Of a DNA stretch of 24,392 bases, positions 15,032 to 22,936 are shown one piece after another; the stretch's first letter is position 1, and the number at the start of each line of letters is the position of its first letter. This DNA is from Actinomycetota bacterium. GTDB lineage: Bacteria; Actinomycetota; Actinomycetes; S36-B12. The stretch covers positions 1 through 24,392 of the forward strand of contig WLND01000001.1 in assembly GCA_009726075.1 (NCBI GenBank). The letters run 5' to 3'. The notes beneath the pieces were generated by a model, which did not search any database, was not told the DNA's origin, and saw only the letters and a list, made by a program, of their open reading frames with translations. A program made the translations under genes and the position numbers.

Positions 15032-16279
15032 GTGACAACCGATTCGACGGAGCCGTCCTTTGCGGCGTTGGCGGCGAAGTACCGTCCGATCTTCGAAAGA
15101 ATCGGTGAGGGATCCCTCCAACGCGAACTCGACCGCACCCTGCCGTTCGAACAGGTCCAGTGGCTCAAGGATGCTGGCTTCACCGGCGTGCGCGTGCCCC
15201 GCGAATTCGGGGGTGACGGTGCCACGCTCCCGCAGTTGTTCGAATTGCTCATGGAGTTGGCGGCCGCAGATCCCCATGTGCCGCAGGCGTTTCGCGGCCA
15301 CATCGCATTCGTCGAAGACCAGCTGTGCCGGCCGGCGGGCACGACCCGCGATGAATGGCTCACCCGCTTCGCCGCCGGAGACATGGTCGGCAATGCCGTC
15401 ACCGAGATCGGCAACGTGGCCCTCGGCGATACCCGCACGCGCCTGGCCGGCGACGGAGACACGCTCACCATCTCCGGGAGCAAGTTCTACACGACCGGGA
15501 GCATCTTCGCGGAGTGGATCGACGCGACGGCCCTGGACTCCCGGGGGGTCGAGGTCGCGGTGCTCGTCTCGACGCGTTCGGACGGCGTCGTCGTGTCTGA
15601 CGACTGGAATGGCTTCGGCCAGCGCCTGACCGGCAGCGGCAATGCCGTGTTCTCGGGTGCACCCGTGCGGGCAGATCACGTGTACGTCTTCAGTGACCGC
15701 TTTCCGTATCAGACGGCGCTGTACCAGCTCGTCCTCGTAGCCGTCCTGGCGGGCATCACTCGCGCATCGGCCAACGAGGCCGTCCACCAGGTTGCGAACA
15801 GGGCGCGAACCTTCAGCCACGGCAACGCGGCCCAAACCCGACACGATCCGCAGGTGCTGGAGAACGTGGGCCGCATCGCCGCCAATGCGGCGGCGGTTGA
15901 GGCGATCACGGTTCGCGCGGCTGGCAGTCTTCAGGCGGCCTTCGAGGCGCGCGGTGCCGACGCGTCGGTGGTGTCCGACTGCAAGCGGGATGCCGAACTG
16001 CGCTGCACCGAAGCGCAGGTCATCGCGACCCGCCTGGCCCTCGAATCAGCAACGGCACTCTTCGAAGGACTCGGCGCCTCGGCCGTCATCGAGACACAGG
16101 CCCTGGACCGCTACTGGCGCAATGCGCGAACGGTGAGTTCGCACAACCCCGTGGCCTTCAAGGCGCGGATCATCGGCGACTGGCTCGTCAACGGCACCGA
16201 ACCCCCCTATGAGTGGGCCATCGGCATTGGCCGCCCGAGCGCCGCTCAGGGAGGGGTGACGCCAGATGTCCGGTCGTGA
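15032..16279 (+). CDS. Second DszC/SfnB-like flavin monooxygenase
   Basis: RVPREFGGDG, GSKFYTTGSIFA, DDWNGFGQRLTGSG, DRYWRNARTVSSHNP; AGGAG RBS. Confidence 0.85.
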   Translation: MTTDSTEPSFAALAAKYRPIFERIGEGSLQRELDRTLPFEQVQWLKDAGFTGVRVPREFGGDGATLPQLFELLMELAAADPHVPQAFRGHIAFVEDQLCRPAGTTRDEWLTRFAAGDMVGNAVTEIGNVALGDTRTRLAGDGDTLTISGSKFYTTGSIFAEWIDATALDSRGVEVAVLVSTRSDGVVVSDDWNGFGQRLTGSGNAVFSGAPVRADHVYVFSDRFPYQTALYQLVLVAVLAGITRASANEAVHQVANRARTFSHGNAAQTRHDPQVLENVGRIAANAAAVEAITVRAAGSLQAAFEARGADASVVSDCKRDAELRCTEAQVIATRLALESATALFEGLGASAVIETQALDRYWRNARTVSSHNPVAFKARIIGDWLVNGTEPPYEWAIGIGRPSAAQGGVTPDVRS

Positions 16280-17627
16280 GATCAGGCTCAATGCCTTCAC
16301 CATGAACACCATCGGGCACCTGTCGCCGGGCCTGTGGCGTCACGACCGCGACCAATCCCGCCGCTATCTCGACCTGGACTACTGGACCGACCTCGCCCGG
16401 ACCCTCGAGCGGGGCAAGTTCGACGCCATCTTCTTCGCCGACGTCCTCGGCATCTACGACGTGTTCGACGGCGGGCCGGACGATGCGCTTCGGGGTGGCG
16501 TGCAGGTGCCGGTCAATGATCCGTTGGCCCTCATTCCGGCCATGGCCAGCGTGACCGAACACCTCGGATTCGCCATGACCGCGGCCGTCTCGTACGAGCA
16601 CCCCTACCCGTTCGCCCGGCGCATGAGCACCCTCGACCACCTGACCAAGGGGCGCATCGGCTGGAACGTCGTCACCGGATATCTCAACAGTGGCGCCGTC
16701 AACTTCGGTCTCAGCGGGCAGGAGGCCCACGATCGTCGCTACGACATCGCCGACGAGTACCTCGAGGTGTGCTACCGACTCTGGGAGCAGAGCTGGGAGG
16801 ACGGCGCGGTCGTCGCTGACGCTGCCAGCGGGGTCTACGCCGATCCCACTCGCATCCACCCCATTAGCCATGCGGGTGAGTTCTTCACCGTGCCGGGCCG
16901 TCACCTCAGCGAGCCATCGCCCCAGCGCACACCGGTGATCTACCAGGCCGGGGCATCACCGCGCGGAATCTCATTCGCCGCCAAGCATGCCGAAGGCGTG
17001 TTCGTCGCGGCGCCGAGCAAGGTTGTGCTCGGCAAGCAGGTGGCGGCAATGCGGGAGGCACTCGGCCAGGCCGGTCGCGATCCTCGGGCGGTGACGATCC
17101 TGAACCAGCAGACGGTCGTGGTCGCTGAGACCGATGCCGAGGCTCATCGGCTCTTCGAGGGCTACCTCGACCTTGCGTCGGAAACTGGTGCCCTCGTGCT
17201 CATGTCGGGGTGGACGGGCATCGACTTCGCCGCATTTGACCTCGACTCGCAGCTGGTCGATCAGCAGAGCAACGCGATTCAGTCCGTCGTCAAGGCTTTT
17301 ACCCGCGCCGACCCCGACCGCACGTGGACGATCCGTGAGATTGCCGACTACGTGAAGCTCGGTGGTGACGGACCGGTCATCGTCGGATCCGCCGAGACTG
17401 TCGCCGACCAGCTCGAGGCCTGGGTCGATGACACGGATGTCGACGGGTTCAATCTCGCGGCGACAGCAGTGCCCGAGGCATGGGAACAGGTCGCAGACCT
17501 GCTCATTCCCGAGCTCCAGCGACGCGGACGCTACAAGCAGGATTACTCCCAGGGAACCCTGCGGGAGAAACTCGGATCGCCGACCGCGCGTCCGTCCAGG
17601 CCCATTCCTGTCGCGGGTCATCCGTGA
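16266..17627 (+). CDS. LLM-class FMNH2-dependent monooxygenase (NtaA/DszA/DmoA/SnaA family)
   Basis: FDAIFFADVLGIYD, STLDHLTKGRIGWNVVTG, PSPQRTPVIYQAGASPRG, DVDGFNL, LIPELQRRG. Confidence 0.9.
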   Translation: MSGREIRLNAFTMNTIGHLSPGLWRHDRDQSRRYLDLDYWTDLARTLERGKFDAIFFADVLGIYDVFDGGPDDALRGGVQVPVNDPLALIPAMASVTEHLGFAMTAAVSYEHPYPFARRMSTLDHLTKGRIGWNVVTGYLNSGAVNFGLSGQEAHDRRYDIADEYLEVCYRLWEQSWEDGAVVADAASGVYADPTRIHPISHAGEFFTVPGRHLSEPSPQRTPVIYQAGASPRGISFAAKHAEGVFVAAPSKVVLGKQVAAMREALGQAGRDPRAVTILNQQTVVVAETDAEAHRLFEGYLDLASETGALVLMSGWTGIDFAAFDLDSQLVDQQSNAIQSVVKAFTRADPDRTWTIREIADYVKLGGDGPVIVGSAETVADQLEAWVDDTDVDGFNLAATAVPEAWEQVADLLIPELQRRGRYKQDYSQGTLREKLGSPTARPSRPIPVAGHP

Positions 17628-17658
17628 TGGGTGCGGTTTTGAGTGGTGAGGAGCAGCG

Positions 17659-18954
17659 ATGAGTGATCGTGAGTGGGGTTTTAGAACCCGGAGCCTCCAC
17701 GCGGGAGGCCTTCCGGACGCCACCACAGGTGCGCGTGCGGTGCCGATCTACCAGACGACGAGCTTCGTCTTCGAGAACACGGCCGATGCAGCGGCCCTCT
17801 TCGCGCTCCAGAAATACGGCAACATCTACTCCCGAATCGGCAATCCAACGGTCGCAGCCTTCGAGGAGCGCATGGCATCACTCGAGGGAGGCCTCGGGGC
17901 GGTTGCGACCAGCAGTGGGCAGGCGGCCGAGTTCTGCACGTTCGCGGCGCTGGCTGGCGCGGGCGATCACATCGTCGCGTCGTCGGCGCTCTACGGCGGC
18001 ACGGTCACGCAGCTCGATGTGACCCTACGCCGCTTCGGTGTCGACACGACCTTCGTCGCCAGCGATGATCCCGTCGACTTTGCCGCGGCCATTCAGGACA
18101 ACACGAAGGCGGTGTTCGCGGAGGTTGTCTCGAACCCCTCGAGTCAGGTCGCCGACATCCGAGGCCTTTCGGACGTTGCCCACGCGGCCGGCGTGCCCCT
18201 CGTCGTCGATGCCACGACGGTCACGCCGTTCCTGTGCCGGCCGATCGAGCACGGTGCTGACATCGTGATTCACTCGGCAACGAAGTTCATCGGCGGACAC
18301 GGCACGACACTCGGCGGCGTGATCATCGATGCGGGCACATTCGACTGGGGCAACGGGAGATTCCCCTCGATGACCGAGGACGTGCCTTCCTACGGCAACA
18401 TCAAGTGGTGGGACAACTTCGGCGAGTATGGCTTTCTCACGAAGCTGCGCGTTGAGCAGTTGCGCGACATCGGCCCAGCCCTTGCGCCGCACAGTGCCTT
18501 CCTTCTCCTGCAGGGGGTCGAGACGCTCGCGCAGCGCATGACCGAGCACGTGGCCAACGCGCGGACCATCGCCGAGCAGTTGAATGCCGACCCACGGGTC
18601 ACGTGGGTCTCCTACGCGGGACTGCCCACGCACCCGCACTTCGCCAGAGCGGCCCGCTACACGCCCCAGGGCCCCGGGGCCGTCTTTTCGTTCGGCATAG
18701 CGGGCGGCTACCGGGCCGCAGAGGCCTTCATCAACAATGTCCAACTCCTCAGCCACCTGGCGAACATCGGTGACGCCCGCACCTTGGTCATCCATCCGGC
18801 GAGCACGACGCATCAGCAACTGAGCCCGGAGCAGTTGAGTGCTGCGGGGGTTCCGGTGGATCTGGTACGCATCAGTGTCGGACTCGAGGATGTCGATGAC
18901 ATCTGGTGGGATATCGACCAGGCGCTGAGCATCGCCGCGAAGGAGCAGTCGTGA
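17659..18954 (+). CDS. metY: O-acetylhomoserine sulfhydrylase (aminocarboxypropyltransferase)
   Basis: AVPIYQTTSF, GNIYSRIGNPT, PLP-Lys motif HSATKFIGGHG, ANIGDARTLVIHPASTTHQQL; GAGGAG RBS. Confidence 0.93.
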   Translation: MSDREWGFRTRSLHAGGLPDATTGARAVPIYQTTSFVFENTADAAALFALQKYGNIYSRIGNPTVAAFEERMASLEGGLGAVATSSGQAAEFCTFAALAGAGDHIVASSALYGGTVTQLDVTLRRFGVDTTFVASDDPVDFAAAIQDNTKAVFAEVVSNPSSQVADIRGLSDVAHAAGVPLVVDATTVTPFLCRPIEHGADIVIHSATKFIGGHGTTLGGVIIDAGTFDWGNGRFPSMTEDVPSYGNIKWWDNFGEYGFLTKLRVEQLRDIGPALAPHSAFLLLQGVETLAQRMTEHVANARTIAEQLNADPRVTWVSYAGLPTHPHFARAARYTPQGPGAVFSFGIAGGYRAAEAFINNVQLLSHLANIGDARTLVIHPASTTHQQLSPEQLSAAGVPVDLVRISVGLEDVDDIWWDIDQALSIAAKEQS

Positions 18955-19427
18955 CCTGGGCCCCGCCGAGCGCGCGTGACCGTCTGGGGATCCTCACGTC
19001 CTCACGAAGCGTCGCCATCGTCGGAGCGTCGAATAATCCGTCGCGTGCGAGCTATTTCGTCGGCACCTACCTCCTAGCGAGCAGCGACTTCACCGTGTGG
19101 TTCGTGAACCCGCGTGAGGAGACCATCCTCGGGCACGTCGCGTACGGAAGCCTGGCCGATTTGCCCGAGGCACCCGACATCGTCGTGGTCTTCCGGAAGC
19201 CGTCCGACCTGCCGGAGGTGCTGGATGAGGCGCTCGCGTGCAACGCGAAGACCCTCTGGCTCCAACTCGGCATCGAGGACCCGGACATTGCCGAGCGCGC
19301 CAGCGAGGGTGGCCTCAACGTGGTCATGAACCGGTGCATCAAGATCGAGCACGCGCGTTTTCACGGCGGGCTTCACCTGGCTGGTTTCAACACCGGCGTC
19401 ATCAGCTCGCGCCGCAGCCTGGCCTGA
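18951..19427 (+). CDS. CoA-binding protein (YccU-like Rossmann fold)
   Basis: SVAIVGASNNPSRAS, PDIVVVFRKP, LWLQLGI, VVMNRCIKIEH; GTG overlaps the metY stop (GTGA). Confidence 0.88.
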   Translation: MTWAPPSARDRLGILTSSRSVAIVGASNNPSRASYFVGTYLLASSDFTVWFVNPREETILGHVAYGSLADLPEAPDIVVVFRKPSDLPEVLDEALACNAKTLWLQLGIEDPDIAERASEGGLNVVMNRCIKIEHARFHGGLHLAGFNTGVISSRRSLA

Positions 19428-19433
19428 GGAGGC

Positions 19434-20057
19434 TCAAGGCTGACGGGCCGGTGGCTCCTTGCCGCCTCGCGCCAGGGCCAGGAGATTGACGAGCGTGTCG
19501 GCCCACATGCCGGCGACCTCCTCGCGCAGTGCCTTCGGCATTGCCAGGCCTCCGATTGCGGTGATGCCTAGGGGCAGCGCCTGGGCAATGACGGAGAAGG
19601 CCGTGGCCGACTGCTCGGTCATGGCTGGCTCGACGCGACGCAGGCGCTTGGCGAACGTGCCGATGAGATCGCGGCGGGCGTCCTCGATCCGCGCTGCAAC
19701 GTAAGGGTTCGTGCGCGTCTGGGCGAGGGCCTCGAGGCGCGACCAGCGAATACCGGCCCGGCGCGGGCTCAGAATTATCAGGACGAAATCACGGATCCGA
19801 TCGCGGTCGAGTCCGGACGTCTCGAGGATGTCGAACAGGTCTTCAATGTCGGACTCAGCGAGCCCGCGGAACAGGTGCGCATAGGCCTCGGCAACCAGTT
19901 CGTCCTTGCCCCCGACCGGGAAGTGCCGGTAGACGAGCGTGTGCGAGACGCCGGCGGTCGCGGCGATCTCCTTCACCTGCACCTCGCCACCGACGCGCAG
20001 TACGTCGGCTGTCGCCCCAATGAGGGCGAGGCGCCCGGTGCCTCTCTTTACCGTCAT
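19434..20057 (-). CDS. TetR/AcrR family regulator
   Basis: VQVKEIAATAGVSHTLVYRHF..KDELV N-terminal HTH. Confidence 0.9.
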   Translation of the reverse strand: MTVKRGTGRLALIGATADVLRVGGEVQVKEIAATAGVSHTLVYRHFPVGGKDELVAEAYAHLFRGLAESDIEDLFDILETSGLDRDRIRDFVLIILSPRRAGIRWSRLEALAQTRTNPYVAARIEDARRDLIGTFAKRLRRVEPAMTEQSATAFSVIAQALPLGITAIGGLAMPKALREEVAGMWADTLVNLLALARGGKEPPARQP

Positions 20058-20088
20058 GCCCCGACCCTATGGGTAGGTGGCGCATCAC

Positions 20089-20193
20089 GTGACGGTGTGT
20101 CACTTGCATCGGACTGGTTGGGCCCTCGTCGTTGAGTCGCCCACGGTTGCCATCTTTCATCACACCGTGTCACTTTAAGTAAATCTGTGTCAC
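20089..20193. promoter_or_regulatory. GTGTCAC repeats in the tetR/chitinase divergent region
   Basis: GTGTCAC at 20097, 20167 and 20187, plus palindrome GTGAC-N5-GTCAC at 20089-20103, in an AT-rich promoter-like stretch. Confidence 0.35.
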
Positions 20194-20237
20194 AATAAGT
20201 GGGTAGATGAAATTCAACCGAGTCAAGGAGAGCTCCG

Positions 20238-22289
20238 ATGAAACGACCGATGGCCTACAGCGTCGCCGCGCTGGGCCTGGTGACACTCGCTGCGACAGCC
20301 GTGGGTGTCTCACTGCCCAGTAGCGCCTCGGCCGCGTCCGCCGACGTCACGATGGACTGGACCGTCACGCAGGACTGGGGCACGGGGTACCAGGGATCCG
20401 TGCGCGTCACGAACAACTCGGGCCGAACCATCGACCCGTGGTCCGTATCGGTTCCGTACCGGAACGGCATCACATCGGTCTGGGACGCGACGTCGACCTC
20501 GACCTCAGACGGGTATCGATTCGCCGGTCCCACCTGGAGCACGGGCCTGACCCCGGGATCGTCCGTCTCCTTCGGGTTCATCGGCAGCCCGAGGGGCGGG
20601 ACAACGACACCGACGTCGTGTGCGATCCCAGCTGGCACCTGCGTGGTCTCAGGGGGTTCGTCCAGCTCAACGACGCCGGCCCCGACGGTGACGCCCACGG
20701 TCGCACCGACGGTGGCCCCGACTCCGACACCCACGTCCAGCGCAACCCCCTCCGTGCCAGCGGGCTCGGCAATCTCGGTCAGCGTCAAGGTCACCTCCGA
20801 CTGGGGAAGCGGACGTAACGTCGACCTGACGGTCAAGAACGCCGGCTCAGCGCCGATCAACGGCTGGTCGGTCTCGATGCCGTGGTCGGGGAGCAGCGTG
20901 AGCATGTGGAACGCGACCTCGAGGCTCGCGGGCGGCGTCCTCACCGCGACGAACGTCGCCTGGAACGGATCACTTGCAGCGGGCGCGTCCGCAACCGTCG
21001 GCCTGACCGACAACGGAGCCTTCACCGCGCCAGCGACCTGCACGTCCACCGCAGGTGCCTGCGCAGTCGTGGGCGGGACGTCCTCGTCAGCAACGTCCGC
21101 GTCACCAACTGCGACAGCGACTCCCACCGCGTCACCGACCGCGACGACCCCGCACACGCCTCAGCCCGGCGCCTACTCGGGTGCCCGGAAGATCGTCGGC
21201 TACTACCCGGCGTGGGCGACCTACGCGCGCAACTACCAGGTGTCTGAGATCCCGGGCCAGAAGCTCACGCACATCAACTACGCCTTTGCGAACATCCAGA
21301 ACGGCAAATGCGTGCTCGGCGACTCATATGCCGACACCGACAAGGCCTTCGCCGGCGACACCTGGGATCAGGGCGCTCTCCGGGGCAACTTCAACCAGTT
21401 GCAGAAGCTGAAGGCAGCCAACCCCGGCCTGAAGACCATGATCTCCCTGGGCGGCTGGACGTGGAGCCAGAACTTCTCGGCGGCGGCATCGACCGACCAG
21501 GCCCGCAAGGATCTCGCATCGTCCTGCATCGGCTTCATGAAGCAGTACGGGTTCGACGGCATCGATATCGACTGGGAGTACCCGGTATCCGGTGGCCTGT
21601 TCCCCGGCAAGGCCGCAGACACGCAGAACTACGCATCACTGCTCCAGGAGTTCCGGACCGAACTGAATGCCCAGAAGGCACAGGACAGTAAGGACTACTA
21701 CCTGAGCATTGCCGCACCGGCCGGCCCGACGACCATTCCGAACCTCCCGATCGCGAAGATGGGGAGCACCCTGGACTGGATGAACCTGATGTCCTATGAC
21801 TTCCACGGTTCATGGGACCCGATCACCGGCCACAATGCACCAATGACCGTCGGCGCCAAGGACGCGGCCACCGGGTTCAGCATCACCGACGCGGTCAACA
21901 CGTACCTGACCGCAGGCTTCCCCGCCTCGAAGCTCGTTCTCGGGGTTCCGTTCTACGGCCGGGGCTGGGAGGGCGTGGGCGCTGCCGGCGCCGGGCTGTA
22001 CCAGGCGGGCACGGCCGCCTCCGTCGGCACCTGGGAGAAGGGCGTCTTCGACTACTCGGACATCAAGGCGAACTACCTGCCGACCATGACCCGCTATTGG
22101 GATGCCGATGCCAAGGCGCCGTACCTGTACGACGCCGCGCGCAAGCTTTGGATCTCGTACGACGACCCGCAGTCGATGAAGGCGAAGGCCGACTTCATCA
22201 AGGCAAAGGGGCTGGGCGGAGCGATGATCTGGGAGCTCAGCGGCGACCGCAGCAGTGAGTTGCTCGACACGCTGGTGAGCAGTCTGTAG
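20238..22289 (+). CDS. Secreted GH18 chitinase: signal peptide, CBM2, PT linker, CBM2, linker, GH18
   Basis: Hydrophobic signal ending ASA; two DWG.G...V.V.N...W...W CBM2 modules; KIVGYYPAW, SLGGW, FDGIDIDWEYP (DxDxE), MSYDFHGSW. Confidence 0.95.
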   Translation: MKRPMAYSVAALGLVTLAATAVGVSLPSSASAASADVTMDWTVTQDWGTGYQGSVRVTNNSGRTIDPWSVSVPYRNGITSVWDATSTSTSDGYRFAGPTWSTGLTPGSSVSFGFIGSPRGGTTTPTSCAIPAGTCVVSGGSSSSTTPAPTVTPTVAPTVAPTPTPTSSATPSVPAGSAISVSVKVTSDWGSGRNVDLTVKNAGSAPINGWSVSMPWSGSSVSMWNATSRLAGGVLTATNVAWNGSLAAGASATVGLTDNGAFTAPATCTSTAGACAVVGGTSSSATSASPTATATPTASPTATTPHTPQPGAYSGARKIVGYYPAWATYARNYQVSEIPGQKLTHINYAFANIQNGKCVLGDSYADTDKAFAGDTWDQGALRGNFNQLQKLKAANPGLKTMISLGGWTWSQNFSAAASTDQARKDLASSCIGFMKQYGFDGIDIDWEYPVSGGLFPGKAADTQNYASLLQEFRTELNAQKAQDSKDYYLSIAAPAGPTTIPNLPIAKMGSTLDWMNLMSYDFHGSWDPITGHNAPMTVGAKDAATGFSITDAVNTYLTAGFPASKLVLGVPFYGRGWEGVGAAGAGLYQAGTAASVGTWEKGVFDYSDIKANYLPTMTRYWDADAKAPYLYDAARKLWISYDDPQSMKAKADFIKAKGLGGAMIWELSGDRSSELLDTLVSSL

Positions 22290-22330
22290 CAGCGCCGCTC
22301 GTCGCACGCGGCAGTCACTGTCGTCGCACG

Positions 22331-22362
22331 GTGAAGCCCCCGGCCTCGGCCGGGGGCTTCAC
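22331..22362. terminator. Intrinsic terminator hairpin after the chitinase gene
   Basis: GTGAAGCCCCCGGCC-TC-GGCCGGGGGCTTCAC, perfect 15-nt arms. Confidence 0.85.
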
Positions 22363-22639
22363 TCGTTCGTGCTTGCTCTGTCGCGTGCCGAGCCTGGCAG
22401 GTCGCCCCCTTGGCTTGTCTCGCCGGAGCCAGGAGGGCCGAAAGTCCCCAAAAGCGTCGTCACCGCGACACTCACGAACGCGCGGCGTTCACTGATTGCG
22501 AGCGGTGTCTTCAGTCGCCCGTCGGGCGCAGGCGCCGCAGCGAGGGCGACTGCAATGTCATGAAGAATCCTCATCGGATGCGGGGTCGCCACCGAGCCTG
22601 CCCGTCCGAACGTCGGTGGGTCGGTAGGTCGGACGGGCC

Positions 22640-22918
22640 CCGGTCATTTCGTCCCGATTGTGGGCCGGACGCACGATGCGGGCCCTCACACGTCCTGATT
22701 CGTTCATCACATCCGAGCGCCGCCCCAACGTCGTCTCGTCCGGAATCTGGGTGACAACAAGAAAATAGGACGATCCGAGGGCCCGTTGATTCATCCGGCC
22801 CACAATCCGGACGAAACGACGCAGAGGAGGGGGGTGTCGTGCTGGGCCGGATGAACGAATCGGGCGCCGATACGCCCCCAGTCCTCCATCCGGCCCACAA
22901 TCGGGATGAAATGACCGG
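22640..22918. repeat. 279-bp imperfect palindrome built from ~30-bp units (REP/BIME- or MITE-like)
   Basis: 22640-22671 matches the reverse complement of 22887-22918 at 30/32; 22694-22708 matches 22850-22864 at 14/15; a further inverted pair at 22729-22751 and 22799-22821. Confidence 0.8.
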
Positions 22919-22936
22919 CGGGGGGGTGGGCGGCCG

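Noticed and set aside
20112-20128. ACTGGTTGGGCC as a DasR dre site
   Set aside because: Only the first 6 nt match the dre consensus and it is not palindromic.
20680-20740. Short tandem repeats in the chitinase gene
   Set aside because: They encode an ordinary Pro/Thr linker (PTVTPTVAPTVAPTPTPT).
22487-22497. TTCACTGATT matching half of the TnsB site
   Set aside because: The GTGGCC half is absent, it is a single copy, and there is no terminal ACA at the expected distance.
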